Source: Epithemia pelagica (lineage: Eukaryota > Protista > Bacillariophyta). Taken from it: a DNA stretch of 64,000 nucleotides. Within the stretch, counting starts at the first letter, position 1, and every line of letters begins with the position of its first letter. The stretch covers positions 1,488,001 through 1,552,000 of the forward strand of contig OX337228.1 of NCBI GenBank assembly GCA_946965045.2, given 5' to 3'. The notes beneath the pieces were generated by a model that saw nothing but the letters and a program-made list of their open reading frames with translations, had not been told where the DNA came from and did not search any database. Positions 23,684 to 34,200 of the stretch are shown here, piece after piece. A program made the translations under genes and the position numbers.

Positions 23684-24349
23684 CAGAAGGATAGTCGGGA
23701 CACAAAAGAGGATGTGATAAATGGTGATATTGTTAGATTGTGTGTTGATTACTACGATAGGTCTACGTGAAATGTTCGGTCCTGCCAAGGGTCATGTATC
23801 ATAGGTTCTTGGCGGCAACAGGTTTGGAATAGTTGGAGTTGATTCATGTGATGTATATGACATGTATATGTGGGCGGATAACATATACAGGGTCAACAGC
23901 TCTTGCTTTGGGTTGGCATAGTTGTTTTCATGGCGCGCAGCTTGTTGACAATTTGGAGATTGTGGGAATGGAAATATGGTCTCGCGTGATCGTGTGTCGT
24001 GCTTGGGATACTTAGACCGTTGGATCGGATAGATGCCGATAGCGCTCGGATGTCGCTTGGGCGCGCTCGATGATTTCGGGCGCGTACGCTTAGGGCGTTA
24101 GTACAGTGTCCGAGCAACGGCCAAATTTACGTCCGTTGTAATACCGCACGACCCAATTTAGTCTTGAGAGTGAGTTCGTCAATCTATTCTCACTTTTCAT
24201 GATTTGCGAAGAAATATAGGTCGATATAGCGCGAAGCTAGGAAACATAGCTCGAAGCTAGAGGGCATGATGCGATAGCACGAGGCTATGTGACATGGGGA
24301 ATCGATGAGATGTAGAATCTAACCACCATAGACGGTGAGAATTCTAACA
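23682..24349 (-). repeat. LTR B2, truncated (lacks the first 115 bp in + coordinates)
   Basis: Matches 20756-21423. Confidence 0.92.
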
Positions 24350-27300
24350 CTCCCCACAACTCGTCGTTTCAGCCTTGTCATCATTGGATTTGTTGAGGTC
24401 TTGAACTTCTCCTTTCCAAAACAACAATGGCTTGAGCATGGGCCAGATAGATACGAAATCCCAATGTTTGCTAAGGATATCGGCGGGGTTGGTCTTTCCA
24501 TCTTTCCAGTAGAATGCAACATACTTTGCTGCGATGGCTTCACGAACTCGGTGGTATGACAGAAGATGGTGTCTCTTGGATAGTATGGAATGAGGAACGG
24601 TTGCATTGAGCACAACAGATCTGTTATCTCCGTACATGTAACTTCGCTCTCGGATAGGTACTCCAAGGTAGCGGAGAGAATGTCGTAATTCTGTAATCTG
24701 ATCTATTGCTGTCCTTGCAGCCACGAACTCGGATCCATAGGTAGCAGTTTCCACTGTGCTCTGTCTCTTGCTGTACCAGTCAATAGGTGTTCCGTTCAAC
24801 AAATGTAGAACAGCAGTGACGGATTTACCAGTGACTATGTCATGCATGAGATTGGCATCAACATAATGAGTTGTAGTAACATAGCGGCCAAGAGGTGTTG
24901 GGCAGTCTTCAGGAATACGTTCACTTGCATTCGAATAGACAGTGCGAGTCCAATCAAATTCTTGGGTAGGAAGACTTGAATAATCAGGCTCTCCAATCCT
25001 AAATCTGATTGCGCCTTCTGGGAGATGTGCAAGGTATCCATAGATACGCTTGGCTCTATCAAGATGTCCTTTCCTCGGAGCAGCACGAAAGCGTGATAGC
25101 GTCATTGTAGCGGTGAAGACGTCGAAACGACCAATAGTGATCACCCATTGAAGTTGTCCAATCAGAGTTTGGAAATGGTTAGTGCCTTCTTCATCAAGGA
25201 GCTCAGAATCGTCCAATTCAGGATGGTCTCCACCAATAAGAGGTGTTTTGGCTTTCTTGGGTTTCTCCTTGAAGATTCGTTCGAAAGTGTCCATCATCTT
25301 ACCAATGTAGCGTCTTGGATCTGCTACTAATGTTCCATCAGAATCCTTGGTGTAACAACATCCCAAGTGGAAATCAATAGGTCCATCTCCTTTGAGTTTG
25401 AAGTTGTATTTCTCCTTCAGGATCTTGCAGATATTCCCAGGATCAGTAGAAATAATGGCTAAGTCATCAACGTATACGGCAATGTATTCGTAACAGTCTT
25501 CTCCAGGTGCCTTCCTCATCCAGATATCCGGATCTGCTTTGCTTGGTGAAAATCCCATGTCTGTCAAAACATCGAATAAGACATCATGCCAGCGTGCGCC
25601 TGATGACTTCAATCCATAAAGTGCCTTGTATATAATCAGGATGTGACCTTCTAATTCCTTGAATTCAGGTCCTGCGACAATGAAAAGTTTCTCCCCTGTC
25701 AAGGCTTCCAGATATGCGTTTCCAATATCTGCTCCCCATATTTCCAAGTCATTCAAAGTACCCAGGAATAAGGCAATGCGGAGGTTGCGAATGGAAACAA
25801 CACCTGAATAGATTGTCTCAACAGGTTCTTTTGTGAGATGTCCATCTGCGACAAGTCTTGCTTTATGTCGTCCATCATGTTTTACGTCAAAGACAAGATG
25901 TACACGTATCTTATGATATCCTTCAGGTGCATTGGATACTTTCCCTTTAATGAAGATGGCTTTCCCAAAATCCTTGAATGTCTTGTAGGACTGGATCTGT
26001 GACAATTCTAATTCTGTTGCATCTTGCCACTTTGTGTTGCCATGTTGTTTATCAAGAGTGACAGCTTCCTCATAATTGCGTGGTACTTGGAATCCAAACT
26101 TATACTTGACGGAATGGTGAACTTGTTTAATCCTTGACTGTTTGGCTGCTCGAATGAGACGTTTGCTTGTTTTGACATAACGTTTCAAATGCTTCCATCC
26201 AGGTTCGTTGAGTAAATCATGTTTCTTTCCATAAATTGCTACAGTGATCGGATCATCATTGGCGATGAGTGATAAAGGTTCATAGGTAGTCTCCCCAGTT
26301 TCCCAATCAACAAGCAAATTATATTTGCTCCCCTTGTAATCTGGATCAGTTGTGTTCAGTGGGCCTTGATGGGCAATGACGTCCCTGAACCTGAAAAGAT
26401 TATCTCCAGAGGTTTGAGCTTGGTTATCTCGTTCGATATACTCCATGAGTTGATTATAGGATATCATCTCATCAACATCAGAATTTGTCTTTCGGTAGAT
26501 ATACTTGACACGTTCTTCCTGTTTCGTTGCTTCTTCATTAAGATCAATGACTCGTTTGATGACACGTGCACGGTGTCGCTCCCCATTTTCTTCTGTGTCG
26601 CATAGGAATGTGCGTCCTATCATGTCGTCAAAATCGATCGTGGGCATTGGTTTGGATGGATCTTCACTATCACTGCGAATGAAGACAGTGTCAGCTTGCT
26701 TATCATTGTCATCCTTGTCAGACGAATCCTCCCCTGAAGGTCGATCCACACGTAGGTTAGGTGTAGTGGATTCAACACGGCGAACGGCAGAACGGTAGAT
26801 GATCTGGTTATCCTGGGTGAGAATCTTCCAAGTAAAAGAATCACCAACGTTGTGAGCAAAACCAACCCAGTGGCCAAGTTTCTCATCAGAAGAAGATGGA
26901 TATGAACCGGAATTGGGTTCAGCGGGGTCGACACGATAGTAAACCTCATCCCAGAAAGGAAAGAACAAGAGATGAGTAATGTCGGGTGGGCGTCCGGAGA
27001 GAGCCTCAAGAGGAGTGCGACCGGAGTGGGTGGGGGATGACGTATGGTTCAATAAGTCACAGACATACTCAAGGCAAAGAAGCCAGGTGTTGGCAGGGCA
27101 ACCAGTGGCATTCATGAGAGCGTTGGTCATACGTTTAACGGTCTGGTAACGGTTTTCAGCCTTATTCTGGTGTTGATGATAAGGTTCGGATCGATACTCC
27201 CCAATAAGCAAAGTGCGAAGAATGTCTTTAACCTTGTGAGAGATGAGAGATGAACCACCATCACTGATAAGAGTCTCCATGGCACCACGAAACCGGATGT

Positions 27301-30031
27301 TGTCCTGAAGAGTATTGACAAACTGTTTGGTTGACTTGATCCCATAGATATCAGTAACCAGAGTATCTCGACCAACAAAGATTTGTGCGACTTTACCGCC
27401 ATGGTCAACAGCAGGGGTGTCGGAGAAAACCGAGTCAGTAGCAACGGGTTCATGGCGTCGAGGTATATTAAGGACCGGATTGCGAGCCTTGAAATGTTTC
27501 TTGAGGGTGTCGTGGTCAAAAGTAATGCTACCATTACGTGTAGTGTGCTTGAACGTATCGGCAATAACATCTTCAGATTGCCAACCAAAGAATGGACGGA
27601 ACTTCTTCCAGTCATACGCTTCCTGGTAACGACGGTGGACAGAGGCATGAAGTGTAGGATCATTACCTTCTGCGTCAGCATAGATAGAAAAGAAGGGTGC
27701 GTCGTCAGGTCCATGATCGTATGGGAGATCCAAAAGGAGATTGAGGTTACAAACAACACGATCAGTGTACTCCCCATAGTTGTCATATGGATGGTTCGAC
27801 ATACTACCATCAGTCTGGACGTGTTTCCAATCAGGATCATTGTCAGAGGGTGTGGGAGAATACGAATGGTCCAGAACACCAGGATCCCAGGTGTCGGGTG
27901 ACGTGAAGATGATCTGAGGTAAGGTATCCATGTCATCGTCGCTGGGGATACCCAAGGAGTGGATGTAGGCTAACCCATCCTTGATGTGAAGGGGTATGGC
28001 ACGACCATCAAGTGTAGTGATGCGTTGTTTACCATCAACTTTAACAGATCGTTCATCAACAGCAAGTCCGAAATGCTCGAATTGACCAGGAGCATGGATA
28101 GATAAGCCCTTCCCATAATAAGCATATTCATTGAAGATGCCGACAATAGGTCCATCATTGGTCTCAAACTTTGCGGCACATGTGACGACAGGAAGTCCAG
28201 TAAGTTCATGGTTATCAATACCCACAATAGTGATATGGCGGCCAGTCTTAGAAAGGATGCGCATGTCAGAACCAGCAAGTCCTCCATTAGCACCACGGTC
28301 AATCAATTGATTCCCTGGTAAAGTAGATTTCCTGGAAAACAGATAGCGTGGAACATGTCCTGCTTGTTTATGCATGTTGGCTTTGAAAGTAACCTTCTTG
28401 CTCGTCTTGGACTTGGCGTTAGAAAGAACACTAGTCAGGTCAGTTGCCGGGTGATTGATATCAGTCGTCATGGCTTGGTTGATAAATTGTGTAACCGGAT
28501 CTGAATCATCTGAATGCTCAGTGACTACGCCAGGTGAGTCGTCATCAGATACAACTTGGTTGGGATCAGGATCAGGTTCCGGATCAATGTCGAGGGCATG
28601 TGTTTGCACTGTCCTCGGTGTTGTTGATGAAGGTGCTTGAATCATCTTGTTATATTCAATGATCAACTTGCGATCTTCTTCAGAAAGTTTGAACCATAGG
28701 TCACGCGGTAGACTAACCTTGGACGAAGAGGATGGAGATTCAGATGTCGCTTTGGTGTTGTGGACATGATACTCCATATCATCTTGTGAGGTTATGTCAG
28801 CATCTGTATCTTGGCCATATAGTGATTCATGTTGTTTGACATGTCGACGGCGACTATGAACAGATGACTGGGTTGCTTGATCATGGTCATAAGCTGCGTC
28901 TAGAAGGAGACGGAAGTATGATTGATAGCAAAGGGATTTTGCACCGGATTTGGTGTTCACCACATTATCCAAGATCTTGACTCGGCGGAGATCAGGTACC
29001 TTTTCTACAGCTTGCATGAGGAAGGTCATCCTGGTATGATCAGGGATGCGATCAGACAATGTCACTAAATTGTCTAGCAAACGTAGCTGCTCTTGAAAGT
29101 GTAGAAGAAATTGACGTGTTGTTCCGCGCCATGTGTCGTCAAGACGTAGATTGGAAATGTAGTTGGTTAAGCGGAGGACTTCTCGCTTTGCTAGGTCGGA
29201 TTCGGTATGCAAAGAGTGTAACTTCTGCAATACGGCACGCGCATCTTCATCATGTTCATGTTCACGTACATAGGCTCGACCTTGGTCAGTCTGAATGATA
29301 CGGACAAGAACGGAGTAAAGAAATACTTGTTGCTCTTGAAAAAGTTCTTCGGCATACTCATCATCATGGGGTGGTGTGTATTTGAAATTCAGAACGTTGG
29401 ATAGGCCTTGAGCCTTAGCTGTAGTCTTGAATACACGCCAGAATGAATCGTAGTATCGTTCATCCTTGAATACCTCATATGCAGTTGCGTCGCGCTTAGT
29501 TCCCTTTCTGAATGCTGTAAGGTCTTGTTGAGATTGGGATGCGGCAGTAACTGTGCTGACAGATTTCACAGATGACGGTGACTTCATTGGCGAGACTGGG
29601 ACTTGGCTAGGTGGTCCCTTAGAGAAATCTGTGTTGATCCTCCAAGTGTTGAACTCTTTCCTCGTTAGGTTCATCCAGTCGCTATTGGATAGCTCGTCTT
29701 GAATTTCATTGGTCTTGTATGTGGCCCAATAAGCCAAGAGCTTGATCTGCTGTCTTGTGGGGCCTTGTAGATCATGTGTCTGTTTGTTGACCTTGTATTG
29801 TGTCAGTTCCTTCATGGATTCCTCGGTATTAGTTTGCATATACGAGATAACATGGGTAATGTTCTCAAAACCATGGTATTTCATCCACTTCATTAAGTAG
29901 TCAGCCCTTTCTTTGGTAAAAAATTGGCAGACAGTAAATATGATGTGGTCGAATAGGTCTGTGTCCGAGACATTGTCTTGGTTATCTTCTCCCTTAGGAG
30001 TCGTAGGTGTCTTGGGTGATTGAGGATCCAT
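24344..30031 (-). CDS. Gag-Pol polyprotein, unit 2 (1895 aa, intact)
   Basis: Protease LIDRGANGG, integrase core, RT YIAVYVDDL, RNase H YVDANLMHD/GDN/NPADILSK; PR-IN-RT-RH order. Confidence 0.95.
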   Translation of the reverse strand: MDPQSPKTPTTPKGEDNQDNVSDTDLFDHIIFTVCQFFTKERADYLMKWMKYHGFENITHVISYMQTNTEESMKELTQYKVNKQTHDLQGPTRQQIKLLAYWATYKTNEIQDELSNSDWMNLTRKEFNTWRINTDFSKGPPSQVPVSPMKSPSSVKSVSTVTAASQSQQDLTAFRKGTKRDATAYEVFKDERYYDSFWRVFKTTAKAQGLSNVLNFKYTPPHDDEYAEELFQEQQVFLYSVLVRIIQTDQGRAYVREHEHDEDARAVLQKLHSLHTESDLAKREVLRLTNYISNLRLDDTWRGTTRQFLLHFQEQLRLLDNLVTLSDRIPDHTRMTFLMQAVEKVPDLRRVKILDNVVNTKSGAKSLCYQSYFRLLLDAAYDHDQATQSSVHSRRRHVKQHESLYGQDTDADITSQDDMEYHVHNTKATSESPSSSSKVSLPRDLWFKLSEEDRKLIIEYNKMIQAPSSTTPRTVQTHALDIDPEPDPDPNQVVSDDDSPGVVTEHSDDSDPVTQFINQAMTTDINHPATDLTSVLSNAKSKTSKKVTFKANMHKQAGHVPRYLFSRKSTLPGNQLIDRGANGGLAGSDMRILSKTGRHITIVGIDNHELTGLPVVTCAAKFETNDGPIVGIFNEYAYYGKGLSIHAPGQFEHFGLAVDERSVKVDGKQRITTLDGRAIPLHIKDGLAYIHSLGIPSDDDMDTLPQIIFTSPDTWDPGVLDHSYSPTPSDNDPDWKHVQTDGSMSNHPYDNYGEYTDRVVCNLNLLLDLPYDHGPDDAPFFSIYADAEGNDPTLHASVHRRYQEAYDWKKFRPFFGWQSEDVIADTFKHTTRNGSITFDHDTLKKHFKARNPVLNIPRRHEPVATDSVFSDTPAVDHGGKVAQIFVGRDTLVTDIYGIKSTKQFVNTLQDNIRFRGAMETLISDGGSSLISHKVKDILRTLLIGEYRSEPYHQHQNKAENRYQTVKRMTNALMNATGCPANTWLLCLEYVCDLLNHTSSPTHSGRTPLEALSGRPPDITHLLFFPFWDEVYYRVDPAEPNSGSYPSSSDEKLGHWVGFAHNVGDSFTWKILTQDNQIIYRSAVRRVESTTPNLRVDRPSGEDSSDKDDNDKQADTVFIRSDSEDPSKPMPTIDFDDMIGRTFLCDTEENGERHRARVIKRVIDLNEEATKQEERVKYIYRKTNSDVDEMISYNQLMEYIERDNQAQTSGDNLFRFRDVIAHQGPLNTTDPDYKGSKYNLLVDWETGETTYEPLSLIANDDPITVAIYGKKHDLLNEPGWKHLKRYVKTSKRLIRAAKQSRIKQVHHSVKYKFGFQVPRNYEEAVTLDKQHGNTKWQDATELELSQIQSYKTFKDFGKAIFIKGKVSNAPEGYHKIRVHLVFDVKHDGRHKARLVADGHLTKEPVETIYSGVVSIRNLRIALFLGTLNDLEIWGADIGNAYLEALTGEKLFIVAGPEFKELEGHILIIYKALYGLKSSGARWHDVLFDVLTDMGFSPSKADPDIWMRKAPGEDCYEYIAVYVDDLAIISTDPGNICKILKEKYNFKLKGDGPIDFHLGCCYTKDSDGTLVADPRRYIGKMMDTFERIFKEKPKKAKTPLIGGDHPELDDSELLDEEGTNHFQTLIGQLQWVITIGRFDVFTATMTLSRFRAAPRKGHLDRAKRIYGYLAHLPEGAIRFRIGEPDYSSLPTQEFDWTRTVYSNASERIPEDCPTPLGRYVTTTHYVDANLMHDIVTGKSVTAVLHLLNGTPIDWYSKRQSTVETATYGSEFVAARTAIDQITELRHSLRYLGVPIRERSYMYGDNRSVVLNATVPHSILSKRHHLLSYHRVREAIAAKYVAFYWKDGKTNPADILSKHWDFVSIWPMLKPLLFWKGEVQDLNKSNDDKAETTSCGEC

Positions 30032-30142
30032 GGTGTTATTTGGTTGGTTCGATGTTTATTTAATGTGCGGTGTGATGTGGTTTATTTAATGTGTGATGTG
30101 ATGTGAACCCGGATGTACCACGTGTGACACGTATGTACCACG

Positions 30143-30443
30143 GACATGGGATTTTCACCAAGCAAAGCAGATCCGGATATCTGGATGAGGAAGGCACCTG
30201 GAGAAGACTGTTACGAATACATTGCCGTATACGTTGATGACTTAGCCATTATTTCTACTGATCCTGGGAATATCTGCAAGATCCTGAAGGAGAAATACAA
30301 CTTCAAACTCAAAGGAGATGGACCTATTGATTTCCACTTGGGATGTTGTTACACCAAGGATTCTGATGGAACATTAGTAGCAGATCCAAGACGCTACATT
30401 GGTAAGATGATGGACACTTTCGAACGAATCTTCAAGGAGAAAC
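30143..30443 (+). repeat. 301-bp inverted fragment of the RT coding region replacing PBS and ORF0 in unit 2
   Basis: Reverse complement of 25261-25561 (DMGFSPSKADP...RIFKEK), fused directly to LTR B3. Confidence 0.93.
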
Positions 30444-31226
30444 TGTTACAATTCTTTCTGAATCGTAGGGACATTGATGCTCGGTAGAGCAGACAATCAG
30501 GTAGGTCACCAACCGATACAAGCTTCTCAGGGTCAGAGAAGCAAGCAAGTCGAAGTCTATCAGAAGGATAGTCGGGACACAAAAGAGGATGTGATAAATG
30601 GTGATATTGTTAGATTGTGTGTTGATTACTACGATAGGTCTACGTGAAATGTTCGGTCCTGCCAAGGGTCATGTATCATAGGTTCTTGGCGGCAACAGGT
30701 TTGGAATAGTTGGAGTTGATTCATGTGATGTATATGACATGTATATGTGGGCGGATAACATATACAGGGTCAACAGCTCTTGCTTTGGGTTGGCATAGTT
30801 GTTTTCATGGCGCGCAGCTTGTTGACAATTTGGAGATTGTGGGAATGGAAATATGGTCTCGCGTGATCGTGTGTCGTGCTTGGGATACTTAGACCGTTGG
30901 ATCGGATAGATGCCGATAGCGCTCGGATGTCGCTTGGGCGCGCTCGATGATTTCGGGCGCGTACGCTTAGGGCGTTAGTACAGTGTCCGAGCAACGGCCA
31001 AATTTACGTCCGTTGTAATACCGCACGACCCAATTTAGTCTTGAGAGTGAGTTCGTCAATCTATTCTCACTTTTCATGATTTGCGAAGAAATATAGGTCG
31101 ATATAGCGCGAAGCTAGGAAACATAGCTCGAAGCTAGAGGGCATGATGCGATAGCACGAGGCTATGTGACATGGGGAATCGATGAGATGTAGAATCTAAC
31201 CACCATAGACGGTGAGAATTCTAACA
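30444..31226 (-). repeat. LTR B3 (783 bp)
   Basis: Matches LTR B1. Confidence 0.95.
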
Positions 31227-34200
31227 CTCCCCACAACTCGTCGTTTCAGCCTTGTCATCATTGGATTTGTTGAGGTCTTGAACTTCTCCTTTCCAAAACA
31301 ACAATGGCTTGAGCATGGGCCAGATAGATACGAAATCCCAATGTTTGCTAAGGATATCGGCGGGGTTGGTCTTTCCATCTTTCCAGTAGAATGCAACATA
31401 CTTTGCTGCGATGGCTTCACGAACTCGGTGGTATGACAGAAGATGGTGTCTCTTGGATAGTATGGAATGAGGAACGGTTGCATTGAGCACAACAGATCTG
31501 TTATCTCCGTACATGTAACTTCGCTCTCGGATAGGTACTCCAAGGTAGCGGAGAGAATGTCGTAATTCTGTAATCTGATCTATTGCTGTCCTTGCAGCCA
31601 CGAACTCGGATCCATAGGTAGCAGTTTCCACTGTGCTCTGTCTCTTGCTGTACCAGTCAATAGGTGTTCCGTTCAACAAATGTAGAACAGCAGTGACGGA
31701 TTTACCAGTGACTATGTCATGCATGAGATTGGCATCAACATAATGAGTTGTAGTAACATAGCGGCCAAGAGGTGTTGGGCAGTCTTCAGGAATACGTTCA
31801 CTTGCATTCGAATAGACAGTGCGAGTCCAATCAAATTCTTGGGTAGGAAGACTTGAATAATCAGGCTCTCCAATCCTAAATCTGATTGCGCCTTCTGGGA
31901 GATGTGCAAGGTATCCATAGATACGCTTGGCTCTATCAAGATGTCCTTTCCTCGGAGCAGCACGAAAGCGTGATAGCGTCATTGTAGCGGTGAAGACGTC
32001 GAAACGACCAATAGTGATCACCCATTGAAGTTGTCCAATCAGAGTTTGGAAATGGTTAGTGCCTTCTTCATCAAGGAGCTCAGAATCGTCCAATTCAGGA
32101 TGGTCTCCACCAATAAGAGGTGTTTTGGCTTTCTTGGGTTTCTCCTTGAAGATTCGTTCGAAAGTGTCCATCATCTTACCAATGTAGCGTCTTGGATCTG
32201 CTACTAATGTTCCATCAGAATCCTTGGTGTAACAACATCCCAAGTGGAAATCAATAGGTCCATCTCCTTTGAGTTTGAAGTTGTATTTCTCCTTCAGGAT
32301 CTTGCAGATATTCCCAGGATCAGTAGAAATAATGGCTAAGTCATCAACGTATACGGCAATGTATTCGTAACAGTCTTCTCCAGGTGCCTTCCTCATCCAG
32401 ATATCCGGATCTGCTTTGCTTGGTGAAAATCCCATGTCTGTCAAAACATCGAATAAGACATCATGCCAGCGTGCGCCTGATGACTTCAATCCATAAAGTG
32501 CCTTGTATATAATCAGGATGTGACCTTCTAATTCCTTGAATTCAGGTCCTGCGACAATGAAAAGTTTCTCCCCTGTCAAGGCTTCCAGATATGCGTTTCC
32601 AATATCTGCTCCCCATATTTCCAAGTCATTCAAAGTACCCAGGAATAAGGCAATGCGGAGGTTGCGAATGGAAACAACACCTGAATAGATTGTCTCAACA
32701 GGTTCTTTTGTGAGATGTCCATCTGCGACAAGTCTTGCTTTATGTCGTCCATCATGTTTTACGTCAAAGACAAGATGTACACGTATCTTATGATATCCTT
32801 CAGGTGCATTGGATACTTTCCCTTTAATGAAGATGGCTTTCCCAAAATCCTTGAATGTCTTGTAGGACTGGATCTGTGACAATTCTAATTCTGTTGCATC
32901 TTGCCACTTTGTGTTGCCATGTTGTTTATCAAGAGTGACAGCTTCCTCATAATTGCGTGGTACTTGGAATCCAAACTTATACTTGACGGAATGGTGAACT
33001 TGTTTAATCCTTGACTGTTTGGCTGCTCGAATGAGACGTTTGCTTGTTTTGACATAACGTTTCAAATGCTTCCATCCAGGTTCGTTGAGTAAATCATGTT
33101 TCTTTCCATAAATTGCTACAGTGATCGGATCATCATTGGCGATGAGTGATAAAGGTTCATAGGTAGTCTCCCCAGTTTCCCAATCAACAAGCAAATTATA
33201 TTTGCTCCCCTTGTAATCTGGATCAGTTGTGTTCAGTGGGCCTTGATGGGCAATGACGTCCCTGAACCTGAAAAGATTATCTCCAGAGGTTTGAGCTTGG
33301 TTATCTCGTTCGATATACTCCATGAGTTGATTATAGGATATCATCTCATCAACATCAGAATTTGTCTTTCGGTAGATATACTTGACACGTTCTTCCTGTT
33401 TCGTTGCTTCTTCATTAAGATCAATGACTCGTTTGATGACACGTGCACGGTGTCGCTCCCCATTTTCTTCTGTGTCGCATAGGAATGTGCGTCCTATCAT
33501 GTCGTCAAAATCGATCGTGGGCATTGGTTTGGATGGATCTTCACTATCACTGCGAATGAAGACAGTGTCAGCTTGCTTATCATTGTCATCCTTGTCAGAC
33601 GAATCCTCCCCTGAAGGTCGATCCACACGTAGGTTAGGTGTAGTGGATTCAACACGGCGAACGGCAGAACGGTAGATGATCTGGTTATCCTGGGTGAGAA
33701 TCTTCCAAGTAAAAGAATCACCAACGTTGTGAGCAAAACCAACCCAGTGGCCAAGTTTCTCATCAGAAGAAGATGGATATGAACCGGAATTGGGTTCAGC
33801 GGGGTCGACACGATAGTAAACCTCATCCCAGAAAGGAAAGAACAAGAGATGAGTAATGTCGGGTGGGCGTCCGGAGAGAGCCTCAAGAGGAGTGCGACCG
33901 GAGTGGGTGGGGGATGACGTATGGTTCAATAAGTCACAGACATACTCAAGGCAAAGAAGCCAGGTGTTGGCAGGGCAACCAGTGGCATTCATGAGAGCGT
34001 TGGTCATACGTTTAACGGTCTGGTAACGGTTTTCAGCCTTATTCTGGTGTTGATGATAAGGTTCGGATCGATACTCCCCAATAAGCAAAGTGCGAAGAAT
34101 GTCTTTAACCTTGTGAGAGATGAGAGATGAACCACCATCACTGATAAGAGTCTCCATGGCACCACGAAACCGGATGTTGTCCTGAAGAGTATTGACAAAC

